A program made the translations under genes and the position numbers. Below are positions 9,398 to 17,635 of a DNA stretch of 64,000 nt, in pieces. The stretch's first letter is position 1; every line of letters begins with the position of its first letter. The notes beneath the pieces were generated by a model, which did not search any database, had not been told where the DNA came from, and worked only from the letters and a program-made list of their open reading frames with translations. The stretch covers positions 52,641 through 116,640 of the forward strand of contig JBEKAY010000005.1 of the NCBI GenBank assembly GCA_050015675.1, read 5' to 3'. This DNA is from Bacteroidota bacterium (GTDB taxonomy: Bacteria; Bacteroidota; Ignavibacteria; UBA10030).

Positions 9398-11635
9398 TTA
9401 CACTATGTTCTTCTTTCGGTCTATCTTCTCAAGAATCTGGATCATAGTTTCAACATCTGATGTCGGAAGTTCGCATGTGTAGTTCTCGCAGATGTACACC
9501 ATTTGCTTGCCTCTCGCCAGGGAAAGATTTCCAAAGAACGGGACATGGCGACTTAAGAATTCCTGCCCTTCCGCGGCGTCTGCGAAAAGCATGATCTTAT
9601 TCGGCAGAAAGCGGGAATGGATCTCGTCCAGCATCTCACGTATAACCGGGTGTTTCCTGTTTCCAGCCAAGACTATCTGCATGGGTTTGGAGAGACTGAA
9701 ATCGACTGCGACAAGGAATTGAGGGAGAGCCTGAGGAATTTTCTCGATGTACTCGCCGAAACAAACGAGCGATTTTAATGCCATATCGCTGTAACGAACG
9801 CTTCCGACGATTTGCGACAATCGCAGAAGGTTCAGGACAGAAATGGAATTACCACTCGGCTCCGCACCGTCGTATGCTTCCTTCATTCGAATAAGTATAG
9901 TTGGATCCGTCCCGGGACTATCGAAGAATCCTCCGCGCTCGTTATCATAGAACGATGCGATCTGATCTTCCGTCAGCTTGATGGCTTTTTGAAGCCATTC
10001 GATTTGAAATGTTGCTTCGTAGAGATCAAGCAATCCCTGAATGAAAAATGCATAATCAGTGAGATGTGCATCATATTTTGCTTCCCCGTCCCGGTACCGG
10101 CGAAACAGTTTTCCAGTCGTCGGATGAGCAAGTCTCGTGAGTAAAAACCTGCTTGCTCGTTCGGCATCCTCGAGATACGATTCATCCCTCAGAACTTGAT
10201 AAGCCCGGGCGAAAGCTGAAATCATTAAACCGTTCCACGACAGCAAAATTTTATCGTCGAGATGCGGTCTCGGCCGCTGCTGACGTTTATCAAACAGTGT
10301 TGCTTTTGCCATATCGAGATGGGCTGCAACGTCTTCCACCTTCGCGCCAATGTGTCTTGCTGCTTCTTCGGCAGAGTGAGCCACAAAGAAAATATTCTCT
10401 CCGACAAATTCTTGTCTCGGATCGGATTGTACATTTCCTTCTTCTTCAATCCCGAAAATAAACTCTACAATTCCCGCTTCCTCTTTTGTCAGAAAGCGGT
10501 CGATCTCGCTTTTCTTCCAGATGTAGAACGCTCCCTCTTTTTTCTCTTCCGGATAAAATGGGGAGATTGCACTCTCCGCGTCTTCTGCTGAATAAAATCC
10601 TCCTTCCGGATGCATCAGTACGCGTTGAATATATTCCAGTACTTTGCGGGCTACTTGGGCAAACATCTGGTCGTGCGTGATTTGAAATGCATCGAGGTAG
10701 GAGAGAACAAGCTGAGCTTGATCGTAAAGCATCTTTTCAAAATGCGGCACGTGCCAGCGTTCGTCCGTCGAGTACCGGTGGAAACCGCCGCCGATCCGGT
10801 CGTATATTCCTCCTTCCGCCATCTTTTGCAACGTTGTCAGCGCCATGTCGAGCGCCGCAGTGTTGCCTGTCCGATGATAATATCGGAAAAGGAAATTAAG
10901 AACTGTGGGACGGGGGAATTTCGGTGCGTGACCGAATCCGCCGTAAGTTGCATCGTAACTTTTTGCGAATTCATCAAATCCGCGCTCGAGCATGCTCTCC
11001 GTCACCGTTTTGTCACTCAGAGGCGGGGCGGCAGATGATGCAAGGAATTGTCCAATGCGCTCGCCGCTTTCCAGAACTTTGGAACGCTCATTTGTCCATA
11101 CTTTGTGAATACGCTCGAGGATTTCCAAAAAACCGGGGTTGCCGGATTGACCGGTTGGTGGAATGTATGTCGCGGCGAAAAACGGCTTTCGCTCCGGTGT
11201 CATAAAAATAGACATTGGCCAACCGCCGCTTCCCGTCATCGCCTGGAGAGCTGTCATATAGATTTGATCGATGTCGGGACGTTCTTCCCGATCGACTTTG
11301 ATGCTGACAACCAAAAGGTTCATCAGGTCCGCGATGGATCGGTTCTCAAACACCTCCCGCTCCATGACATGGCACCAGTAACACGTCGAATACCCGATGG
11401 AGAGAAAGATCGGTTTGTCTTCCTTGCGGGCTTTTTCAAAAGCTTCATCCCCCCACGGATACCAATCGACAGGATTGAGCGCGTGCTGCAGCAGGTAGGG
11501 ACTTTTTTCCTGTCCGAGTCTATTTGCTTTTTTTTGTGATGCAATTATATGAATGGATTTATTTTGCTCAGTGTCTTCATCCAATAACCTCATAGTATGT
11601 TCCTTCTGAATGTGTATGGAGACTTTACGATTCAT
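9398..11635 (-). CDS. thioredoxin-domain protein of the DUF255 / YyaL type (thioredoxin fold plus alpha/alpha-toroid domain)
   Basis: '[57 protein letters not shown]' is the characteristic DUF255 N-terminus with its C-x-x-C. The long C-terminal region is helical. An alternative start is the ATG at 11593, preceded by AAGGA. Confidence 0.85.
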   Translation of the reverse strand: MNRKVSIHIQKEHTMRLLDEDTEQNKSIHIIASQKKANRLGQEKSPYLLQHALNPVDWYPWGDEAFEKARKEDKPIFLSIGYSTCYWCHVMEREVFENRSIADLMNLLVVSIKVDREERPDIDQIYMTALQAMTGSGGWPMSIFMTPERKPFFAATYIPPTGQSGNPGFLEILERIHKVWTNERSKVLESGERIGQFLASSAAPPLSDKTVTESMLERGFDEFAKSYDATYGGFGHAPKFPRPTVLNFLFRYYHRTGNTAALDMALTTLQKMAEGGIYDRIGGGFHRYSTDERWHVPHFEKMLYDQAQLVLSYLDAFQITHDQMFAQVARKVLEYIQRVLMHPEGGFYSAEDAESAISPFYPEEKKEGAFYIWKKSEIDRFLTKEEAGIVEFIFGIEEEGNVQSDPRQEFVGENIFFVAHSAEEAARHIGAKVEDVAAHLDMAKATLFDKRQQRPRPHLDDKILLSWNGLMISAFARAYQVLRDESYLEDAERASRFLLTRLAHPTTGKLFRRYRDGEAKYDAHLTDYAFFIQGLLDLYEATFQIEWLQKAIKLTEDQIASFYDNERGGFFDSPGTDPTILIRMKEAYDGAEPSGNSISVLNLLRLSQIVGSVRYSDMALKSLVCFGEYIEKIPQALPQFLVAVDFSLSKPMQIVLAGNRKHPVIREMLDEIHSRFLPNKIMLFADAAEGQEFLSRHVPFFGNLSLARGKQMVYICENYTCELPTSDVETMIQILEKIDRKKNIV

Positions 11636-11687
11636 TTTAGTAACAAACTTTCTCTCCTCTAAGTTCAGACGGATGACGCAGAAATTA

Positions 11688-12051
11688 CTGACTGATGTTA
11701 CGCAGTCAGGAAAGCACCTAATTAAATTAAGTTGTCATGCCCGACTGTTTTAATCGGGCATCTTATCTAAGATTCCCGTTAAAAATCTACGGGAATGACA
11801 GCGGCCCTTCGGTTCTTTGCGTAACATGAGTTACTAATAATGATATGCACTGAATAATTTTTATTAAAGGATTGTAACTACTCAACGTCTTTGACTAAAC
11901 AACGAAATAATTCCCTCTCCTTTTAAGAGAGGGTTAGGGTGAAGTCAAAAAAAATGACCACACCTCTCGCCAAAAAGATGGCGAGCAAGTAATCCTCACT
12001 TATTCCCGCCCGACTGTGTCGTGGTCTCGTTTCGATATAAATATCGAAACG
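11688..12051. repeat. cluster of short GC-rich perfect hairpins in an AT-rich spacer (REP/MITE-like)
   Basis: Stems read directly from the sequence:
- CTGACTG/CAGTCAG (11688-11709)
- ATGCCCGA/TCGGGCAT (11737-11761)
- ATTCCCGT/ACGGGAAT (11772-11796)
- CCCTCTC/GAGAGGG (11913-11933)
- CTCGCC/GGCGAG (11966-11985)
- a perfect 24-nt palindrome CGTTTCGATAT-AA-ATATCGAAACG (12028-12051). Confidence 0.5.
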
Positions 12052-12278
12052 GACAAAAAGCGCGGGACGCATAAAACGCGGAGGGGAGGAGATTATATTG
12101 GAAAAATCTAGCATTTCTACTTGCCGTTTTTCTATAAAAAGGCCAGACAGGAATGTCCAACCTACCATATAATTTACTTTTTGGACAGCCATTCACCATT
12201 GTGATACGTGCGGCTGGTTCACCAAATGCGATCGTTTCAATATTTTTTAAAGAAGCGCAAGTTTATTCATTTTACTAT

Positions 12279-12725
12279 TCATTGGGAATTCTGATTTTTC
12301 TCATTGCGAGCGCGAAGATCATCCAAAGACCATCGGCCCGAGCCGGTAATCAGAAGAAAGAGCAATCCAAGGATCATCGACCAATCCGTACGTGCTTCGT
12401 GTGCCATAGCCCAAAAGCCCTTTTCGAGCAAAATGGGAATTTTGGTTGTCGAAATCGCTACGAGCATATCGATAATCAGTGGAATAGAAGCAAGCCGTGT
12501 GAACAAACCCAGAAGGATAAGTCCGCCACATACGATCTCCACAACACTTACGAATGGCGCCATAATTTCCGGTAAAGGTATGCCGATCTTGATAAAACGT
12601 CCTACTCCGAGCGAGTCTGAAAATATAATTTTTTGGATTCCTTCGGAAAGAAACACGCACGCAACCATGACTCGGATGAGAATGATTGATTTAAAATTTT
12701 TTTGGATTATTTTTAATTTATCCAT
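12279..12725 (-). CDS. DoxX-family membrane protein
   Basis: About 148 aa with four hydrophobic helices in a DoxX-like layout. The ATG at 12725 is preceded by GGAGGA at 8-nt spacing. The longer track ORF to 12776 lacks an RBS. Confidence 0.65.
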   Translation of the reverse strand: MDKLKIIQKNFKSIILIRVMVACVFLSEGIQKIIFSDSLGVGRFIKIGIPLPEIMAPFVSVVEIVCGGLILLGLFTRLASIPLIIDMLVAISTTKIPILLEKGFWAMAHEARTDWSMILGLLFLLITGSGRWSLDDLRARNEKNQNSQ

Positions 12726-12784
12726 AAAGTTCATCCTCCATAATATTAGTTTTTTGTGTACGCCCGGATTGCACAAATGCTCCT

Positions 12785-13540
12785 TTAAATTGTAAGTTGA
12801 TAACCAATATACCCGGTAAATGCGGTTTCGCCGGATATGTTATGGCCTAATGAAAATAAAATATGATGGTGTTCATTCAGGTTAACAAATCCACCGAGGT
12901 TGAAGCCTGCGCTTGATTCAGAATCCTGGGTCTCTGCAGTTTGATAGTAAAACTCACTTCCCAGTGTAATGAGTTCAGAGAAATCATATTGTATTTCCCA
13001 ACCTGTAAATGCCCAATTCTTTCGATCCGGTCCGGGATTGTACCAAACTCCGCCTCCACCATAAGTTGTGAGTTTTCCCCAGCTCTTTTGAATCCATAGC
13101 GGGAGGTATGCCTGGGTTTTTCCATTTCCCAATTGTTCATTCTCATTGCCTGTCGGAATCTCAATCAAGGGGAAAAATCCTATTTGCGGTACCGTTTCCG
13201 TCTCTTCAACAAATCTATATTTTAAACCTATCTCTGTATCAGAATAACCGTAATGAGTTCCCTCGTTTGTATGAACGTATCCGAGTGGAGCGACGATGTG
13301 CAACTGCACATTGGAGATTGCGCCATAATTTATTTCGATGTGCGGATACGTAGCATCGGTCTCATGCTTCATAAATTGCTGCTCTGATGCTATATAAAAT
13401 TCCCAATGAAGATAGTCGACAGGCTGTGGGTCGTCGGTCTTGAAAGGAGGACCTGTTAACGCTGAGGCAGATATCAGCGGAAAAAGGACTATGATACGGA
13501 GAATAGTATGATGACAATATCTAAGAGACATATTTTTCAT
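12785..13540 (-). CDS. outer-membrane beta-barrel protein ('MetA-pathway of phenol degradation'-like transporter family)
   Basis: Has a signal peptide, then 'PFKTDDPQPVDYLHWEFYIASE', alternating beta-strand pattern and a C-terminal aromatic-rich strand 'FTGYIGYQLTI'. The family call is from pattern memory. Confidence 0.55.
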   Translation of the reverse strand: MKNMSLRYCHHTILRIIVLFPLISASALTGPPFKTDDPQPVDYLHWEFYIASEQQFMKHETDATYPHIEINYGAISNVQLHIVAPLGYVHTNEGTHYGYSDTEIGLKYRFVEETETVPQIGFFPLIEIPTGNENEQLGNGKTQAYLPLWIQKSWGKLTTYGGGGVWYNPGPDRKNWAFTGWEIQYDFSELITLGSEFYYQTAETQDSESSAGFNLGGFVNLNEHHHILFSLGHNISGETAFTGYIGYQLTI

Positions 13541-13675
13541 TCATATTTAAACAAATTATTGCACCCGGAACGTTCCTCAATGCAACTTATCGGATAAAAA
13601 AATGGTTATAAGAGAAAAGTAATATCTGAATTCAGTTACAGTCCAGAAGTTCATTATTCCATAAAAGGAGGAAGC

Positions 13676-14221
13676 ATGAAAAATAGAATTATTCCTATCA
13701 CCCTCGCAATTCTCTTCATAAGCACGCAGTTCCTCATTGCTCAAATGGATCAGACAATGCATGAGAAAGTAATGATCAAGAAGGCAATTGCTGTAGTCAC
13801 TGCTACAAAAGGGAATTCTGTACACGGTGTTGTGACATTTGAGAAAGTCGATAAAGGAATTCACGTTGTTGCGAATCTCACAGGATTGACTCCGGGCAAG
13901 CATGGATTTCACATTCACGAATTTGGCGATATTAGCTCCGACGATGGCAGTTCAGCGGGCGGGCACTTCAATCCGACTGGAATGCCTCATAGCATGCCGA
14001 TGAGTGAGAAACGTCATGCAGGCGATATGGGAAACGTTGAGGCAGACGCAGAAGGCAACGCACATCTCGATTATACTGATCCGGTCATGAAACTCAATGG
14101 CAAATATTCGATCATCGGTCATGCCGTTATCGTACACGAAAAAGAAGATGACTTCAAAACGCAGCCGACCGGAAATGCCGGAGCGAGGATTGGGTACGGT
14201 GTGATTGGAATAGCTAAATGA
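13676..14221 (+). CDS. sodC: Cu/Zn superoxide dismutase, secreted
   Basis: Has a signal peptide plus 'GFHIHEFGD', 'HAGDMGN' and 'GNAGARIGYGVIG' motifs. AAAGGAGGAAG lies before the ATG. Confidence 0.95.
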   Translation: MKNRIIPITLAILFISTQFLIAQMDQTMHEKVMIKKAIAVVTATKGNSVHGVVTFEKVDKGIHVVANLTGLTPGKHGFHIHEFGDISSDDGSSAGGHFNPTGMPHSMPMSEKRHAGDMGNVEADAEGNAHLDYTDPVMKLNGKYSIIGHAVIVHEKEDDFKTQPTGNAGARIGYGVIGIAK

Positions 14222-14431
14222 ACTAAGCAGCCACTGATGTTTTGTAAAATATAATTGAGTGTCGGAATTCGTTCATGCAATGTATCTCAATGAACAAATT
14301 GTCTAATCGGGGTGCTGAGAGAGTCTTTTAATGCACGAAACTTAAAGCAAAGAATACCGGCTCAACTTTTTTTGAACATCCGAAGAAAATAATTAGGACA
14401 ACAGACTAACCAGTATAGAGGAAGCAACGTC

Positions 14432-14713
14432 ATGGCACATTTAGCAAAAAAAGAAATCCTGCTCGTTCTGGCAGAATTAAACGGGTGGACGCTGCATGGA
14501 AACGAGATAAGGAAGAAATTTGTATTCGCCGATTTTGCCTGCGCCATAGGATTTGTCAATTCTGTCGCGCTCTACGCCGAACGCGCAAATCACCATCCGG
14601 ATATTGACATCCGCTGGAACACAATCACGCTTTCACTTTCCACACACAGCGAAGGCGGAATTACGGAAAAGGACATTTCTTTAGCGAAGAGGATCGATAC
14701 ACTTGCAGTTTAG
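14432..14713 (+). CDS. pterin-4-alpha-carbinolamine dehydratase (PCD/DCoH)
   Basis: 93 aa. 'F.DF..A..F...VA..AE..NHHPDI...WN.V...L.TH' is the PCD signature. Confidence 0.9.
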   Translation: MAHLAKKEILLVLAELNGWTLHGNEIRKKFVFADFACAIGFVNSVALYAERANHHPDIDIRWNTITLSLSTHSEGGITEKDISLAKRIDTLAV

Positions 14714-14933
14714 CCGTCCGCAATAAAAAAACGTGCGAATACCTTACGCTGGCAGAAGGAACTCATTTACTATTTCAGATGTTAAGTTTTATAGAAGAAA
14801 AAAAATAACAAGTGAACATGAAACCAGGAATGAAAAAATATAGTTTGGTACTCACCTGCGCGTGTCCCGGGAACATAGCGTATGCTCGCGAAGGTGTCGA
14901 TCCTTAAACGTTTTATGTGATGGTTGGAATTTG

Positions 14934-14968
14934 AGCCCTTCGTTGAGTTTATGATGAAGGGCTTTTTT
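14934..14968 (+). terminator. rho-independent terminator-like hairpin in the leader of the sulfur operon
   Basis: 8-bp stem AGCCCTTC (14934-14941) / GAAGGGCT (14956-14963) with a 14-nt loop, followed by a T6 run. It lies 221 nt after the PCD stop and 63 nt before the rhodanese ATG. Confidence 0.55.
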
Positions 14969-15030
14969 ATTGACCGGAATGTCGAACCATGAATATTTCA
15001 TCAAGTATAATTTTATAAAGGAGTAATGCT

Positions 15031-15882
15031 ATGGCAAACAATTATGTACATCCTGAAGTGCTCGTTGAAACGGAGTGGGTGAGTCAGCACCTGACTGACC
15101 CCAATATCCGGTTTGTAGAAGTTGATGTCGATACACACGCATATACTGAAGCTCATATTCCCGGCGCAGTCGGATGGAACTGGCAGACTCAACTCTCCGA
15201 TCAAGTTCGGCGCGACCTTGTTTCAAAGCTGGATCTGGAACTGCTGCTGGGAAAATCAGGAATTAACAATAGTACCACTGTTATTCTTTACGGAGACAAC
15301 AACAATTGGTTTGCGGCATGGGCATTCTGGCAGTTGAAAATATACGGCCACCAGGATGTGCGCATTATCAATGGAGGCCGGAAGAAATGGCTCAAAGAGG
15401 GAAGGGAAGTAACAACAGATGTTCCGACCGTTGAATGGAAAACGTACAAAGCAAAGGAGCCCGATCATTCGTTGCGTGCATATGTGCAGGAAGTATCATC
15501 TATATCCGACGATTCATGGTCATTGGTTGATGTTCGTTCAGCAGATGAATATTCCGGCAAAATACTATCTCCTCCAGGGCTTCCAGAGACATGCCAACGA
15601 GGAGGACATGTACCTGGTGCATATAATATTCCATGGGGGAAAAATGTCAACGAAGATGGCACGTTTAAATCGTTTGACAACTTGCGGACACTCTATGAAC
15701 CGCTGGGTATCACATCGAACAAAAATATTGTTGCGTATTGCCGCATCGGGGAACGATCCAGTCTGACCTGGTTTGTTCTGAAGTACCTGCTTGGATACAC
15801 AAAAGTTAAGAATTACGATGGCTCCTGGACAGAATGGGGAAATCTTGTCAATGCTCCGGTTACGCAAGGAGAACGACCATGA
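15031..15882 (+). CDS. thiosulfate/3-mercaptopyruvate sulfurtransferase (tandem rhodanese domains)
   Basis: 283 aa with two rhodanese repeats and the active-site loop 'CRIGERSS', as in mycobacterial CysA/SseB-type enzymes. AAGGAG lies before the ATG. Confidence 0.9.
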   Translation: MANNYVHPEVLVETEWVSQHLTDPNIRFVEVDVDTHAYTEAHIPGAVGWNWQTQLSDQVRRDLVSKLDLELLLGKSGINNSTTVILYGDNNNWFAAWAFWQLKIYGHQDVRIINGGRKKWLKEGREVTTDVPTVEWKTYKAKEPDHSLRAYVQEVSSISDDSWSLVDVRSADEYSGKILSPPGLPETCQRGGHVPGAYNIPWGKNVNEDGTFKSFDNLRTLYEPLGITSNKNIVAYCRIGERSSLTWFVLKYLLGYTKVKNYDGSWTEWGNLVNAPVTQGERP

Positions 15883-16118
15883 CGGTAGCACATTCATCTG
15901 ATTATCAAGAACGATGGGAATCGGTTCCACCGTTCCAGATTCATATAACAAGCTATAGGATTAATGATACATATTACTGCTCTGTGGATAATGTCGATCC
16001 CGGCGCAGTCATTGTTCGAACGAAGGGACAGGTACGGGATGAAGTTGAGTTGAAAGCTATAATGCGGGCAAAGGAACGATTAGAGTATTCCCGTCTTCGG
16101 TATGAAAAGGAAATTTGA
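15879..16118 (+). CDS. 79-aa protein of unknown function inside the sulfur operon
   Basis: The ATG at 15879 overlaps the rhodanese stop (ATGA), which suggests translational coupling. I recognise no motif. The track ORF from 15834 begins inside the rhodanese gene. Confidence 0.55.
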   Translation: MTVAHSSDYQERWESVPPFQIHITSYRINDTYYCSVDNVDPGAVIVRTKGQVRDEVELKAIMRAKERLEYSRLRYEKEI

Positions 16119-16140
16119 GCTAACAAACGGAAAATAAATC

Positions 16141-17115
16141 ATGACCTGGAAATCAAAAACCGACTCGTTTCCTGAAGTTCGCGAAACTTATTTGGAGCAA
16201 CGCATCCGCGATCATTCATCGGTGCTTGGCAACGTCGGCAACACACCTCTTTTGCGAATTCGAAATATCCCTATTCCGAATGACTATGTTCAGATCTATG
16301 CTAAGGCGGAATGGTTTAATCCCGGCGGTTCGATCAAAGACCGTCCTGCCTTGAACATGCTTCTGGAAGCCGAAAAGTCAGGAATGCTTACAAAGGAAAA
16401 AATCATCATCGATGCGACAAGCGGCAATACCGGCATCGCATATGCAATGATTGGAAGTGCGCTGGGATATAAAGTGGTTCTGGCGCTTCCGGCGAATGCA
16501 AGTCTGGAACGGAAACAAATGCTCCGTGCCTACGGTGCTGAGATCCTGGAAACGGATCCGCTCACCGGAACAGACGGAGCGCAACTGCACGTCAAAGAAA
16601 TTGTTGCCGCCCATCCCGACCAATATTTTTACCCTGATCAGTATAATAATCCGGCCAACTGGCTCGCGCATTACAACATAACGGCATGGGAAATTTGGAA
16701 TCAATCCAGGAATCGTATTACACATTTCGTTGCCGGGCTTGGAACGACAGGAACATTTATCGGAACAAGCCGGAGACTGAAAGAATTGGAACCGACTATT
16801 GTCTGTACATCGTTCGGACCCGATTCTCCGCTCCATGGGCTGGAAGGGCTAAAGCATTTACCTACGGCATTAGTCCCCGGTATCTACGATTCAGCTCTTG
16901 CAGACGAACATCTCACCGTCTCGACCGATGAAGCATATACCATGGTCAGACAATTGGCTCGGCAGGAAGGTTTATTTGTCGGAATTTCGAGCGGCGCAGC
17001 GCTTGCTGTTTCACTCAAGCTTGCAGCACGAATCGAGAGCGGTGTAATCGTTACGATTTTTCCTGACGGTGGTGCGCGATATAGCAGCGAACATTTTTGG
17101 AATGAAGGTGAATGA
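16141..17115 (+). CDS. cysM: PLP-dependent cysteine synthase, CysM/CysK family (probably sulfur-carrier dependent)
   Basis: Carries the PLP-lysine motif 'NPGGSIKDRPA', 'TSGNTGIA' and the 'GLGTTGTFIG' phosphate loop. Sits next to JAMM and Ubl-E1 genes, as for mycobacterial CysM. Confidence 0.85.
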   Translation: MTWKSKTDSFPEVRETYLEQRIRDHSSVLGNVGNTPLLRIRNIPIPNDYVQIYAKAEWFNPGGSIKDRPALNMLLEAEKSGMLTKEKIIIDATSGNTGIAYAMIGSALGYKVVLALPANASLERKQMLRAYGAEILETDPLTGTDGAQLHVKEIVAAHPDQYFYPDQYNNPANWLAHYNITAWEIWNQSRNRITHFVAGLGTTGTFIGTSRRLKELEPTIVCTSFGPDSPLHGLEGLKHLPTALVPGIYDSALADEHLTVSTDEAYTMVRQLARQEGLFVGISSGAALAVSLKLAARIESGVIVTIFPDGGARYSSEHFWNEGE

Positions 17116-17128
17116 AAAGGAAAATCAT

Positions 17129-17602
17129 ATGATACGATTATCAAAAAAGATTGTCGATAAGATTGAATATCACGCTGAACAAACGTACCCGGAAGAATGC
17201 TGCGGGATGATGTTGGGGTTCAACGAGAATGGTTTTCATTCAATAGAAGAAGTCATCAGGATCGACAACAGTCAAGATGAAAACCGCCGCCGCCGATTCT
17301 TCATCACGCCAGAGCAATACCGGCAGGCAGAGCAGCTTGCCAGGGAATGGAAAATGGATCTGTTAGGATTTTATCATTCCCATCCGGATCACCCCGCCGC
17401 TCCCTCGGCATTCGATACAGATCACGCACTGCCCTGGTTTACCTATATCATTGTCTCTGTGGGACAAGGCAAAGCAGCGGCGATGACTGCCTGGCTGTTA
17501 AATGAAGAACGTACTCAGTTTAATGAACGGATTATCATTGTTGAACCTTCACCAGTTTCATCTACTGCCCGGCAGGTTGCACACGCTTCGCACGGACTAT
17601 GA
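17129..17602 (+). CDS. JAMM/MPN+ metallopeptidase (Mec+-like)
   Basis: Carries 'EECCG' (catalytic Glu) and 'HSHPDHPAAPSAFD' (H-x-H-x7-S-x2-D). The ATG at 17129 is preceded by AAGGAAAA. Confidence 0.85.
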   Translation: MIRLSKKIVDKIEYHAEQTYPEECCGMMLGFNENGFHSIEEVIRIDNSQDENRRRRFFITPEQYRQAEQLAREWKMDLLGFYHSHPDHPAAPSAFDTDHALPWFTYIIVSVGQGKAAAMTAWLLNEERTQFNERIIIVEPSPVSSTARQVAHASHGL

Positions 17603-17635
17603 TAAAAAACGCACTTTTCTCATAAAGGAAACACT

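Noticed and set aside
11923-12575. ORFs 11923-12192(-), 11996-12199(-) and 12153-12575(+)
   Set aside because: The first two lie in the hairpin-rich spacer and translate the palindromes. The third is antisense to the DoxX gene. None has a plausible start context.
13577-13918. ORF 13577-13918(-) opposite the sodC start
   Set aside because: It overlaps a gene with clear Cu/Zn-SOD motifs and a strong RBS. The peptide is Cys/Phe/Asn-rich with no motif.
14309-14320. GGGGTGCTGAGA, resembling the start of a TPP riboswitch, between sodC and the PCD gene
   Set aside because: The remaining conserved elements (the ACCTGA pyrimidine-sensor helix and the closing stems) are absent, and the downstream gene is unrelated to thiamine.
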